A stretch of 64,000 bases of DNA from positions 776,930 to 840,929 of the forward strand of contig CP060228.1 in assembly GCA_023898565.1 (NCBI GenBank). The letters are read 5' to 3'. This DNA is from Candidatus Nomurabacteria bacterium. Its GTDB lineage: Bacteria > Patescibacteriota > Minisyncoccia > Phycocordibacterales > UBA918. The position numbers were made by a program, and so were the translations under genes. Shown here one piece after another: positions 15,001 through 21,777 of the stretch. The number at the start of each line of letters is the position of its first letter. Position 1 is the stretch's first letter. Under the pieces are notes generated by a model. That model was not told where the DNA came from. It saw only the letters and a list, made by a program, of their open reading frames with translations, and ran no database searches.

Positions 15001-18000
15001 TAAACGTTGGTCAGTTTGCATTGCGTCCGGCAGCGCTGTCAGTTGCAGACACCGTTGCTGATATGGATTTGTATCAGAACCGCGTGATTGTGCGCCACGA
15101 AGACATTAGCCCGCTTTCAATTGCTGATATGGCAATCTTTGATAACGATGACGCATTTGATCTACCATTTACCGCAACAATTGGAGCAACTGATTTGCTC
15201 ACGGTGCTTCCGGGAAGTGGACTGTTTGTGTGGTCAAACCGTACGTTTGCACCGGCGGGTGAAGTGATTCTGGCTGGTAGTGGTGCAACTGCAGCAGATG
15301 GGTCGCTCACTATTGGTGCCGGAGCAACGCTGCAAGCAAACGCAGCAGACGGTGTCACTATTGGTGGTTCACTACATCTTGCTTCTGGAGCAGTTTTCCA
15401 AGGAGCGACAAGTTTAATTGACTTCACGGCTACCAACGGCGGACAGACCATCACTTCAGCTGCTAGTTCCACTATTACGCTGCACGATGTTTCATTTACT
15501 GGCGTAGGCGGTGCATGGGCGGTGCAGACACCGCTAGTGTCTGAGACTGATATCCTTGTCTCCACGGGTACTGTTTCTGGCGTGGCAAACATTACTGTGA
15601 ATGACGGCTCGTTCTACGGCGACGGTACTGTTTCTCTGACTGGCGGTACAGCATTGCTCAAGAAAACTAATACTCTTGGGGGAGCTCGCGCGTGGACATT
15701 TAATAATCTTACGCTTGGTAGTGGTGGCGTGGCAGGCGTGACTACTCCGGCTTCATCAGCTACGACGACAGTACGAGGTGTACTCACGATTGCTTCAGCG
15801 CACTTCCTTGACGCGCTTGGTTCAACGTTTGATTTGCAAGGAAGCGGCAATGTGCTCGTTGAGAGTGGTACGCTGCTTGAGGGAACCAGTACCTTCCGCT
15901 ATAGCGGTCTGACACCAAATATTCTCCGCACTCCGTATTACAACCTTAAGATTGATACTGACAGTGGCCTCAGTGTTACCGCAAACGCACCAACGGTTGG
16001 TCTGCAGATTTTGGGCAACTTGACGGTGGGTGCAAGCGGCACATCAACGCTAAACGTGAACACCAATGACCCAGCTTTGGCTGTAACCAACAACGTTTAT
16101 ATTGGTACTAAAGGAACAGTCCTCGGTAGCAACTCCGCACTCTTTAGCGTTGCTGGCAGTTGGGACAATGATGGTGTCTTTACTGCAAATGGCGGATCGG
16201 TAGAGTTTGTGAAGACTGGCGGATCGGCAACTATCGCGGCAGGGAATTCGAGTTTTGGTACCGTCAGTATTGCAGGCACCGCGTCATACACTATGAGCGA
16301 GAGTGCTACTACAACCGGAAATCTAACGCTCAGCACCGGTTCATTCACATTGGCCGGCGGCTCAACGCTCGCGGTTGGTGGTATTTTCTCCAGCCAAATG
16401 AGTGATGCAGCTACCACATGGGCGGGCACAACGCTCAGTCTCTATGGCGGTCAGTCATACAACATCAATGCTAAGAATCGTTCTGAAACCTTTGACACAG
16501 TCGTTGTGTCAGGCAGTACACATCCTCGCGTATGGAACGCAACATCATCAGCTGTTGTTACTACCAGCGGTAGCTCACTTTACTCACGAAATCATTTGGG
16601 CGTGATTGGCGATCTATATATTTTTGGCGACTATGTAAATAGCAGCTTCGCTGATTACTGGAGTTATGCTGAAGATTTCGATGGAGCAGTGCTTGGCTCA
16701 CCTCGTACTGCCAATGTTTTGGTTGAAGACAATGGTTCTGTTTTATACACTGGCGGATCGCTTACTGTTGAGGGCGATGCAAGCGCATCAACCACTATTG
16801 CTTCACAGACCGGTGGTACCTATGACTTTACTATTGGCGGCTCCACTGATGTGTTGCTTGACCACTACGTAGTACGAGACACTACGAGCGCAGGTTTGGT
16901 GTTTACTGGTGTGCCAAGTGTGACAGATATTTCAAATGGCGATTTTGAAGTTGCGATTGCTGATGGAACAGCGATGACAGTGGGTGGAACAGTCATTAGT
17001 GCCAATCAGGCGATGAACTTTACCGGCATCCGTTTTGCTACAACTACAGCCATCAATGCATACAACGTAACTGCAACTGGTACGAGCGCAAGTGCATGGC
17101 GCTTTGTGAATGTAATTGGAAACCTTGATGGTGAAGCGAAGGATATAGATCCGGCAGGAGACCCAGGCTATGTTGTGTGGGAAGATTCAGCCGCGATTAT
17201 CAATATCTCAGGTACGGTCTACAGTGATGAAGGTGCCACGCCGATGGGCATCACTGTCTGTGACGGAATCACGAAGAGTATTGAACTAAGTATCGCTGGA
17301 CTCACATTCGCGTCTACCACTTGTGGAATTGGTACAGGTGCGTACACCTTCACTGGTATCAGCTATGGTCTTAGCGATACGCTTACGGTGTACATCAATG
17401 GTGAGGCTGAAAAGGCAGTGACTGTCACACAGGATCCTGTGTCATCTATCAGCGGTCTTGATTTGTATCAAAATCGCGTGATCGTGCGTCATCAGAGTGG
17501 CGCGCCACTTACTATTGCTGACATGGCGGCGTGGGATAGTGATGACGATCCTGATGTGCTCTTTGATGCAGAAACAACTGGCACTGATACGCTTGTATTA
17601 CCAGCTGACACCAAGCTAATCGTGTGGACTGGTCGTACGTTTGCGCCAAATGGTGACGTGACCGTTTCGGGCGGTGGCGCGGGCGCTTCATTTGATGGCA
17701 CGCTTGAGCTCCAGACTGGCGCAACGTTTACCGCTGCAAATGGTGAAACGCATACCATCGGTGGTAGCTTGATTGCGGGTGCTGGTGCACTCTTTACTCC
17801 AGCGCAGTCATCAATCGTGTTCACTACCGATGATGCCGGTCGGACTATCGATACAAATAACGCTGGTTTTTACAACCTTTCACTTACTGGAAGCGGCGAC
17901 TGGACAGTGACCGACACAACCCTTACGGTCGCTAATGATTATCTGCAAAATGCTGGAGCGGTAACACTGCCGACAGCTACCACAACGATTGGTGGTGCAA

Positions 18001-21000
18001 TGACTGTTTCTGGCGGTACGTTTGATGCCAATGGAGGACTCCTCTATTTCACTGCTGCCGACGCCGGCAACAATGTTTCATTTGGGGGATCAGATGTGGC
18101 AACAGTCCGCTTCAATGGCGCAGGTGGTTCGTGGATCATGAGTGATACTAATGCTACCGCCACTGACTCATTCACCGTTAGCGCAGGTACTGTAACACTG
18201 CCGACAGGTAATTTGGTAGTCGGTTCAGATTTTGTGGTAACCGGGGCAGTAAATCACTCAAATGGCACCGTTGTCTTGACCGCGTCTGATGCCGGCAATC
18301 TCATTACGCTTTCAGGTAGTAGCTTGTACAGCTTGGACCTTACTGGTACGGGGGACTACACCATGACAGACGCTAGCGCCGCTGCGCTCGGTAGTGTCAT
18401 TGTGACTAATGGTGAGTTGATTGCGCCGTCAGCAACCCTTTCGATCGGCGGCTCATTTGATGCAACTGGCGGCGTGTTTACGCACAGTTCAGGCACCGTT
18501 CTCTTCAACTCAGCTGATACTGGAGAATTTGTCGATCCGGGTGCAAATGATTTCTACAATGTCATCTTTGGTAGCGCTGCTGGTGGTTGGACGCTCTTTA
18601 GTGCAACAACGACTCGAAATTTTGCTCTCTCTAGTGCAAACAGCTTCACGCTAGCTTCTGGTGAAAGTCTGACGGTCGAAGGAGTGTTTTCAAACGCAGT
18701 TGGTGGCACGGCTACGACATGGGCAAATACACAGCTCATTCTAAACAGCGGTACTGAGTATGAAATCGGTGCCAAGACCGTGGCGACAGAGTTGTATGAA
18801 AACCTTCAGATTGGAGCAAACACAGACGTAAGCATGTGGAATTCAAGTGCCGTCGCAGTCACTGTTTCTCCGACTGGTTCTCTCTATTCACAAGATCATG
18901 CAGCGGTTAACGGTAGCTTGTACATTTACGGTGATTACCATGTGGCAACTACCACTGAGTACTGGAGCTACGCGACTGACTTTGATGGTGCTGCGCTTGG
19001 CGGTTCGCCGCGAGCGGCAACTGTTGCAATCTCCAGTGGTTCAACAGTGCACGTTGACGGCGGAGTCCTTCGTTTGCTTGGAAATGCTGCCGGAACTACG
19101 ACCGTGTCCAATCAAGGATCAGGTACGTTTGATTTCAAGGTAAAGAACGGCACCTTCAATGCAAGCTCTTATTCGTTCCGCAATCTGTCGGCGCTCGGCT
19201 TACAGTTTACTGGTAACGCGAGTGTACCGTCGCTCAGTTATGGAGACTTTGAGCAAGCGGCTGACAGTACGGTGTTGATTAGCTTGGCATCTACAACACT
19301 AAACGCCAATGCCTCTTTGCTCGTCACAAATACTCGCTTTGCTACTGGTGGCTTTGTAAGCGGTGCAAACGTTTCACTCGACGCCACAACTACCAATAGC
19401 TGGCGCTTCACTGGCGCCACTGGCAATCTCTGGGGTGAGGCGTTCGATGTTGACGGCTCTGATGATTGTAGTTCGGTGCGTTGGGACGACAGCCAGTGTT
19501 TGCTCACTGAGCAATCAGCCTACCGCTGGCGTAATGATGATGGTGGAGAAGGAGCGCCGGCCGGTACTTGGTTTGATTCCAGCTGGACAGATCGAAAGCG
19601 CATCCGAGTCGTAAATGATGACGCCAGCTCGTATGCCGACGTTGCTGTGAAGGTTCCGGTTGATTTTGAGGCTAATATGCAGACAAGCTTTGATGACCTT
19701 CGCTTCACTGATGCGAGCGGTACAACGACACTTTCGTACTGGATTGAAACATACAATACAGGTAGTGATGCGCTCGTGTGGGTAAAGGTACCTAGCTTAG
19801 CTGCTGCAGCCGTAACTGAAATCTATATGTATTACGGTAATGGTGCCGCATCATCACTGAGCGACCCAAGCAACGTGTTTACTGTAGCCGAAGACTTCGA
19901 AGACAATAATATTACTGAGTATTCTGGTGACATTACAAAGTTTGCTACTGCCGGTACCTATGCCTACGGTGGTGGTTATGGTCTTGATGCGTCACCAAAT
20001 CAGAGCGCAAAAGCAACTGACGGCATTGCTCGAACTGACCTCACCGTTGCACAAGGACAAATCATTCGCTACATGCAATACGTCGACACGACCGCGGGTA
20101 GTGGTGATGAAGTGTGTACACTCTTTGCGGTGCAGAGCCCGGTCACCGCAAATCAAAACTACGCCGTGTGTCTGGAGCAGTTTGGTACTGATCGTGTATC
20201 TTTGGTTAAAAATGCAGAAAACACAGACTCTACTGGTACTCTGCTTTCTTCAAAGAACATGACACTGAGCACGGGTTGGTATGAAGTGATGATTGATTGG
20301 CAGACCAATAACGATATCGACGTGTCTGTTTTCAACAGCTCGGGCGCCCTGCAGGCTACCACTTCAGCTACAGATAGTACGTACTCTTCTGGAGGTATCG
20401 GCTTCACGTTCTGGTTCCAGCACGGTGGCTGGGATAGCTACGTGTCATGGCCGCGCACTGCAACGCAGCCAACTGTGTACGTGGGTGCTGAACAGCAGCA
20501 AGGGGGTGCAACCTGGGCAGCGCCACAAGATACGTCAGTTGGCGGCTTTAACTTCGGTGAAACAGCACGCTTGCGCGTTGGTATCAATAACACGGGGCTA
20601 CCAATTGAAAGTCAACAATTCCGTCTAGAATTTGCGCCAAAACTAACTGCACCTAGTTGTGAAGCGGTATCTGGGGGATCATTTACTGCAGTACCAGTAG
20701 CTGCAAGTTGCGGTAGCTCGGCGGTGTGTATGGCTGCTTCCGCCAGTACCACCAACGCTGATCCAACCACTGATCATTTGGTGATTGACGCAGGCAACTT
20801 CCTGCCTGGTGAAATGGTGGTTGAGACAAGTAATCAATCAACTCCATTTGACGTTGACCAAAACCGTTACACCGAGCTTGAGTACGCAATTGCCCTCACA
20901 ATAAACGCAACGAGTGATTCGTACTGCTTCCGTGTTACCGACGGCGGCTCAGCGCTTGACTCATACGCCATCATGCCAGAACTTACCCTGGCGTTTGACC

Positions 21001-21773
21001 CACAGCTTGGCAGTATCAATCTTAATGACGGAGCAGATATCGTGCTTACTCCGGGAACGACGACTACTATCATGGCGTCTACTACGGTCACTGACTACAA
21101 CGGATATGGCGATTTGTTTGCGGCCACGACAACCTTCTACAAGAGCACTGTCTCAGCTGCTTGTACACCAGACAATAACAATTGTTACGTAGCTAGCGGT
21201 GCAGCTTGTTCGTTTACGAACTGTTCTGGCGCTACCTGTACGCTCACCTGTAGCGCGGATTTTGAATTCCATGCTGATGCGACCGATAATGACGGTGGGC
21301 AATTCTGGTATGCTTTTATGGAGGTCTCTGATCAGGGTGGTGCAACTGACTTTGACACATCACTTGGTGTGGACGTACTGACTATTCGTGCGCTCGAGGT
21401 TTTGAATAGCATCAACTATGGTTCAATTGGTATTAACGAAAATACTGGTACCTATAACCCGACAGTGACTATTGAAAACTTTGGAAACGAAGCGATTGAC
21501 GTGCAAGTAGCGGGAACCAGTATGACTGATGGTGCCGCTTCTACCATTCCTGCCTCACAGCAACGCTTCGCTACTTCAACGTTTGATTACGATGTGTGTA
21601 CTGAGTGTCAGACGCTTTCAGAATTGGGCACCAATCTAGAAGTTGATCTCTCAAAACCAACCACGACAACACCAGCAACTACGGATGAGATTTATTGGGG
21701 CATTGAAGTGCCGTTTGGTATCGCAAGTAACCCGCACAACGGCGTAAACACCTTCACGGCGATTTCAGATTAA
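1..21773 (+). CDS. Giant secreted/surface protein (>7,250 aa), 5'-truncated at the window edge. It contains repeated DUF2341-like and LamG units, FN3 domains, CarboxypepD_reg-like domains, beta-helix-like repeats and a conserved C-terminal domain
   Basis: The open frame runs 21.7 kb without a stop and continues upstream of nt 1. The motif 'NFPVYVDLS...DG.DIRVT..DG.TELP.E...ID....TGELHF' recurs, and LamG-type 'LDELRFATTTRS' follows each copy. 'YWWRVRA.DP.G' indicates FN3 domains. G/T/S-rich repeats resemble a parallel beta-helix. Coding status is near certain; the domain names are recalled from memory and not verified by search. Confidence 0.9.
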   Translation, partial: AEDDFALQTYFPKGVGEVKSLEVFNQNKERDAVIPEYHPYVYHCEAGWEYAGEFAPGTLQDLSKQLSVELPTMPSAPGDASSTSSSTSDAVSEIPTEAVATSSSFDEVVDAEATDLSTSSVLDILPEPTPAPLFQMSLLAGTNTSEVATSTELRASSAEDDFLTAGYACRESGLVRQCDELDGGNTSCRVNRVKVADHETIQYAPGWDAVATNDGVMPKPNMLRRLAQFVGFGPDRKDVPDEFEVRQHSADTYHIRPGETMYFKMELAFPAFSEGEYWIEAVGDSEYGLLDPFWSSDWSYRMPITIDNTNGTTDLTEYQVFLELDNSLTDFWTNVQSDGSDIRFAQQLSVNNFSNAGTAKNNWFDTSFGGRVPVTIPPLTVTSDQQNFPVYVDLSLFDAGFWSAVKTDGGDIRVTTSDGTELPIDVVEIDTTAETGELHFLADTLAANAANTFYVYYDKPSASGYAASDPFGSEAVWSGAGYQAVYHFSDDPTTIGNTLTDETGNGNNLIVTTSAQATTTGQMGTAYDFNGSAGYLSASSWTFDGGDPLVTTGLYKMSSSDNSAIWQWGTGAQPDDIEFRPWYTGADTNGSGLHYFGATGGATYSFARATSSWHAFGTIGTTSASDNNLVYEDGVLVETVAQTVGNPTNTDGNGFSVGRTGTNGWWDGLLDELRIATTTRTEDRVKWETVNLSEPTHFYAVSSSQVPDNAANLNWYSTSWERRAKFTIPQGKVESNLTDFPVYVDLAMFGPDFFAAVQNDGADIRVTTGDGVTELPIELVAIDTGAKTGELYFKTDLYRNAANDFYVYYQNEDAIAYARTNTYGSNNVWTNGYLAVYHLEEDMAGVSNLNVYQDSTANQYHGDDYNTSNDKTGLFGKGQEFGDDQNDYLSLPNTVLDGVGDLTTSWWMSTVNGGAQGIVSGAMDNTGAGANEYIVWFNSSTNFQIYYQNAAESFGLSDTITNIDTGNWNYFVSTAEDAIDEVNFYVNGVGDTENPDPQPIAPLTIANGGLVVGQEQDALGGGFQTTQNFEGQLDELRFADVVRDADWVATEYANMGDVTTFIATTTAEELNITDFVELDFWLQHFDSTADEADIWLQVADLPAGEETVIYMYYGATGASSASDELATFSYSTSTDLYYVVDNSGATSISVQSLIDNNQVSIDGGAPVILHQGERTTFGTFTAASVISALGPISGTVTGSGNDGGDTIVPVSFASTTMVVPTNRANESWYLYSPFASTTVRSYIANSGTANQTINIATSSAATITTNPGTNQGVVFESTSPVLLTQRSNTPGDGVVAYPPTLRDLYGVYSNTIYISTVTDNPNPLVTCSGGGSGTVSGITRGEAQSETVCSNGSEGAGNAVRYRSQTYPIVAIQQADSDGNESTVFWPQHEFGTRYYMTNDSAYAAIVCSPRFGDVNLEVHDTVGGLVESATCSPAGNNPGKAYFTNGTGNGDSINFTAGHEIISTNGKPFYVIYEDVAVDQDEKNILGSVQGRKFDGAADRAITFGAEEPATTITYDDNHEQLSYAWYENTTSQTPTVRWPIGPTEDAEEGVAISGSGAVDEGDVLRLRLNLAVSSATTTAQSSAFSLQYAAAAGVGQCSAAAGWTDIGGVGSTTALFSGHDNAVLEDGTTLASTTLSQTTVAGTYEERNYSDFNPYEIGVGEVAEWDWALEVGAVDINTTYCFRMIRATGEELTTYTAYPELITVGPPNVPTNLTYFDNEHTTDLTPVLEFVAVDLAGDDIQYQVQVDDDPAFASIDIDRNSTDHFLNFENVTNPPDKAPFTSGDLIRFTSPTGLASSTTYWWRVRASDPDGSATTSDWSTPTSFTTNQNLETSEWFQTTGAQFDTNSLSSLTTAAGSVSVSGILGTMVGTSVDFDDAVVGNAWAEVDWNDTETSGEIRVQVEYKNGGSWQLIPDSLIPSNSTGISTAPINLRELDTDTYNELRLVATFDGSTLSLQDWTIRWGLRVETPVLGDLFDNQKTVDTLPIFDFISSDPQGDDLEYEISFSTDKTFVTGSSTYNSGSDAGFANLSNGGDTTPFTSGDTVTYTTQPGSPFTNGVTYWWRARAKDPNGDDSWSPWSQPDSFTVDTGLSVSTWFQTTRGQFEEGELTGTIATTSGSVVVNDLVGEYGKTTVTNGTWTTVNLQSEYNTPVVVASGRYTPLGDTQRSIRVRNKTTTSFEVLADNFDSSVGGTTVVDYLVMEAGVWNIDDGGTGTQVIAGTYEDVSDVQANTYAAAGYGADVTFSPAFSSPPAVIATVSSDNDSTWVTAHLNDGNTRNNPPTASAMGLYLGRGFESAVHDPEDIDYIAFETGHGVNNGAEFDADFSTDNHDEPPVSAEAFTSAFSSAPQVVIVMQAAEQGGNGGYAGLYAATPPTTSNYYPFIDEDGTGADRNHTTEPVLTLAFEDVSGVLKRYAGPGLSGTIAGENIIFSDGAGPKYDNFSWNDSTPGGSDILYQIEYEVSPGVYALVPNTAIPGNSAGTSTSPIDLTSVDINTYPVIRPFATLTCSGGTCPQINDWQLEWSEGVNMSGTLKEYDRLTGVATGTIRVAVDGSIIPSTGTVSGGIWSVANVTAFAGEIVTVWVDGATESEEAVAAFVYDGTGDITGVELFEQHLSISADEEAVVTNALLGQNDNLALGDEDIFYNVDGSNNLVVCSAGSCSDANIYVGPGNTYTPASAGGVSVSTHDVINDGFLELDTNTINVSGSWTNNATTSVDTSTINLTAATGTESVYSGENPMQFYNLSFGSGAGEALFTLAAGLDLAGSLTVASGTLDRSDYAISIAGNLTTGTGGFWQGTGTTTFDGAGAKTWRDDNLLTQKVGDVLIDGASTNVTALTNVAAYDITIGANDRLNGTSGKVIYVAGDWINNGTFTAQSSRVEIIEDDRTYPPAVPGSQNWYSDSAFDKRIMIAVNPAEVSADLVNFPLYVDLSTLGTNFWSAVASNGRDIRVTSGDGQTELPHDLVSINTTAKTGELHFLADAVDSATTTYFFVYFDNPAASAYYPTDTYGSQAVWAEYEAVYHFSDSSVAVDSYALDATANERHLLIEGAALATSTGRLGQGINLIGSTGILRNAGFTWTAGNPLVTSGWYKMPASSNESLWQWGTGASPDNLEFRPWYNTTGGLHYFGVTSGATYTLTPRDTVNWLHFTTVGATTTGQDNLVYQNAIEVERVTQTVANPYNDAATGLQVGRNGTGGSLQAQIDEFRITTSPRSAGWVQAEYSNQKTPKIFYATTSVQTYTPDLVLDEATHNIKMGGSTFYDLTIDDATTSAAFIDTAVTVSRNFVVVNGDVTLPTTRLTVGGSFTNTGYFQHNNAEVRFTSNSPASITLNGTEFYNSFYNVTFSGNGTFTFLDTNATTTNDMSITKGTVVFPSGKLTIGGHLSVTGTGIFNANNGTVEFISEDNESITTRGSSFNNVVFGVNEGGDGWYSADWSERAAIRVASTSVAGYIANFPVYVDLSMLGASFWGGVATDGRDIRVTSADGKTELPVEIAEISYGAQTGELHFLAPALSPISDTTFYIYFDNTDATEPDAASQYGSEAVWAEYEAVYHFNGDPVEGVADVSGNGRDLAPTVGTPSTTAGVLGTALDTTSSNVMLEDADWTWTAGEDLVSSGLYFMTGFDTGALWEFGSSCATDDCLAFMPWYDNATRGYHRFGETSGNDYNFTRDNSKWHHFTTNGRATNGEAVRIFEDGILRGSYLQTGTGENPSQTGLQIGRYVTNTYMDIDIDELRFATTTRSQQWIVTEYNNLTDVDTFYSTSTESYLDVVSSFTLNEALTDVHGDVTIYYADLVAPTNNFTIGGSALNVGGSYNPNNATTTFDSTDAGETVAFGDGAFYNLSFNGAGGGWTIATTTVLNNASLVTGADFTLAPNTTMSVAGTFQNSFNSAATTWTGSTLVLTGGDYTVTDRLDSGDTYAKLVVSGDSDLVMWNSSASTSTVLDTSSLYMPAFAGTPGLLRIYGAYERTAGTEHWSYDTDFDGTDLTGGGERPATVEIGRGSSIYLATSTTLSVQGAAGATTTVSAISGIYSLNVNAGTADIAYASFQNVGPKGLYLTNGTVLSSLTATEFSIAGGRSGITVDAATVNAQPSTEYTNVTFGTSSANSVYEPAWTDQVVITLQSSVIPGDLSNYPVYVDLSTLGSSFWSGVQSDGRDIRVTTDNGTKLPIDLVEIDASAQTGELHFLASSISSNNDTSFYIHFGNPAATAYAADDTYGANAVWTDYEAVYHFNEDPTVQITDMTGNGRNLYATVGTPATTTGLIGTALDTTASNVRLENVGWTWQAGDDLVSSGLYFMSGNDTGALWQFGTGNGADNGTYLSFMPWYNTATRGYNRFGVTSGSDYDFARNSTIWHHFTTNGRATAGESIDIYEDNLLQDSVTQLGSSENPTNTGLRIGAYQSTTYMDIDVDELRFSTDPRSIDWIDVEYRNFTDPTSLYATSTALTDSFNVSVIGVPTTFWLFSAGTGNRYGEAFDNDDGDPGSIQWDDSNFSITISGVVYNDDGTTPATAPLCNASTEVVTVVLDGVDTYTAACDPRDGSFEVTGIVYTGEPEIVTYISSSAATPQTNVAIYDETTGTGTVSGGVMTVARPNVIDGSVLVLIAGKDDDPTIMAAGGWTQIDVLGNTTGDQIDTGAWYRVVADAGTEAATYDFPADNGEGYSYWMGTLINVDTSTPIDVASTWSKLQNQYDPAAPSITTVTDGALVLGAWYTYRDTEMITPVYGWSDRGKNIVGPETNNLSVSSKSMLTQGATGAATTSGIISSRETHVAQFAFRPASAPTATSSIVAAAVTKTPLGNTGLPYDTITLRDQTSAYGTAAAAANIVVTRPEIENGDVMVLIVGKEDDFNITPPAGWVLGDERIEATGNDMYTAIWYRVVGNAGAEPSTYDFVNNDTTTEEYSYWIGSFSGVDTNNVFDVTPAWSNLQNDSSPAAPAVTTASDGAYVLATWYVIDDGAMDMPGSPWITLAQDVVTNNRLLAVAGRYMATNGNTGAAVMTGGSTDDVNVGQFALRPAALSVADTVADMDLYQNRVIVRHEDISPLSIADMAIFDNDDAFDLPFTATIGATDLLTVLPGSGLFVWSNRTFAPAGEVILAGSGATAADGSLTIGAGATLQANAADGVTIGGSLHLASGAVFQGATSLIDFTATNGGQTITSAASSTITLHDVSFTGVGGAWAVQTPLVSETDILVSTGTVSGVANITVNDGSFYGDGTVSLTGGTALLKKTNTLGGARAWTFNNLTLGSGGVAGVTTPASSATTTVRGVLTIASAHFLDALGSTFDLQGSGNVLVESGTLLEGTSTFRYSGLTPNILRTPYYNLKIDTDSGLSVTANAPTVGLQILGNLTVGASGTSTLNVNTNDPALAVTNNVYIGTKGTVLGSNSALFSVAGSWDNDGVFTANGGSVEFVKTGGSATIAAGNSSFGTVSIAGTASYTMSESATTTGNLTLSTGSFTLAGGSTLAVGGIFSSQMSDAATTWAGTTLSLYGGQSYNINAKNRSETFDTVVVSGSTHPRVWNATSSAVVTTSGSSLYSRNHLGVIGDLYIFGDYVNSSFADYWSYAEDFDGAVLGSPRTANVLVEDNGSVLYTGGSLTVEGDASASTTIASQTGGTYDFTIGGSTDVLLDHYVVRDTTSAGLVFTGVPSVTDISNGDFEVAIADGTAMTVGGTVISANQAMNFTGIRFATTTAINAYNVTATGTSASAWRFVNVIGNLDGEAKDIDPAGDPGYVVWEDSAAIINISGTVYSDEGATPMGITVCDGITKSIELSIAGLTFASTTCGIGTGAYTFTGISYGLSDTLTVYINGEAEKAVTVTQDPVSSISGLDLYQNRVIVRHQSGAPLTIADMAAWDSDDDPDVLFDAETTGTDTLVLPADTKLIVWTGRTFAPNGDVTVSGGGAGASFDGTLELQTGATFTAANGETHTIGGSLIAGAGALFTPAQSSIVFTTDDAGRTIDTNNAGFYNLSLTGSGDWTVTDTTLTVANDYLQNAGAVTLPTATTTIGGAMTVSGGTFDANGGLLYFTAADAGNNVSFGGSDVATVRFNGAGGSWIMSDTNATATDSFTVSAGTVTLPTGNLVVGSDFVVTGAVNHSNGTVVLTASDAGNLITLSGSSLYSLDLTGTGDYTMTDASAAALGSVIVTNGELIAPSATLSIGGSFDATGGVFTHSSGTVLFNSADTGEFVDPGANDFYNVIFGSAAGGWTLFSATTTRNFALSSANSFTLASGESLTVEGVFSNAVGGTATTWANTQLILNSGTEYEIGAKTVATELYENLQIGANTDVSMWNSSAVAVTVSPTGSLYSQDHAAVNGSLYIYGDYHVATTTEYWSYATDFDGAALGGSPRAATVAISSGSTVHVDGGVLRLLGNAAGTTTVSNQGSGTFDFKVKNGTFNASSYSFRNLSALGLQFTGNASVPSLSYGDFEQAADSTVLISLASTTLNANASLLVTNTRFATGGFVSGANVSLDATTTNSWRFTGATGNLWGEAFDVDGSDDCSSVRWDDSQCLLTEQSAYRWRNDDGGEGAPAGTWFDSSWTDRKRIRVVNDDASSYADVAVKVPVDFEANMQTSFDDLRFTDASGTTTLSYWIETYNTGSDALVWVKVPSLAAAAVTEIYMYYGNGAASSLSDPSNVFTVAEDFEDNNITEYSGDITKFATAGTYAYGGGYGLDASPNQSAKATDGIARTDLTVAQGQIIRYMQYVDTTAGSGDEVCTLFAVQSPVTANQNYAVCLEQFGTDRVSLVKNAENTDSTGTLLSSKNMTLSTGWYEVMIDWQTNNDIDVSVFNSSGALQATTSATDSTYSSGGIGFTFWFQHGGWDSYVSWPRTATQPTVYVGAEQQQGGATWAAPQDTSVGGFNFGETARLRVGINNTGLPIESQQFRLEFAPKLTAPSCEAVSGGSFTAVPVAASCGSSAVCMAASASTTNADPTTDHLVIDAGNFLPGEMVVETSNQSTPFDVDQNRYTELEYAIALTINATSDSYCFRVTDGGSALDSYAIMPELTLAFDPQLGSINLNDGADIVLTPGTTTTIMASTTVTDYNGYGDLFAATTTFYKSTVSAACTPDNNNCYVASGAACSFTNCSGATCTLTCSADFEFHADATDNDGGQFWYAFMEVSDQGGATDFDTSLGVDVLTIRALEVLNSINYGSIGINENTGTYNPTVTIENFGNEAIDVQVAGTSMTDGAASTIPASQQRFATSTFDYDVCTECQTLSELGTNLEVDLSKPTTTTPATTDEIYWGIEVPFGIASNPHNGVNTFTAISD
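8770..13290 (+). repeat. Three tandem intragenic repeat units of about 1.6 to 2.0 kb (DUF2341-like plus LamG-like) inside the giant gene, with near-identical DNA stretches
   Basis: Units begin at about 8770, 10357 and 12390 (NFPLYVDLSTLG / NFPVYVDLSMLG / NYPVYVDLSTLG). The DNA around 9030 and 10615 is nearly identical ('gctgtctgggcggagtatgaagcggtgtatcacttta'). Confidence 0.8.
15062..17850 (+). repeat. Dispersed intragenic duplicate of about 400 nt ('DLYQNRVIVRH...RTFAP.G.V') at about 15062-15460 and about 17458-17850
   Basis: The peptide blocks DMDLYQNRVIVRHEDISPLSIADMA and GLDLYQNRVIVRHQSGAPLTIADMA are colinear for about 130 aa. Confidence 0.7.
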
Positions 21774-21777
21774 TCTT

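Noticed and set aside
459-21192. Dozens of 60-200-aa ORFs on the minus strand and in alternative + frames inside the giant gene (e.g. 5297-5887 minus, 15074-15592 minus, 1531-2058 plus)
   Set aside because: They lie within a single 21.7-kb ORF whose translation shows coherent, repeated protein domains. Antisense ORFs of this size are expected by chance in a long, compositionally biased coding region.
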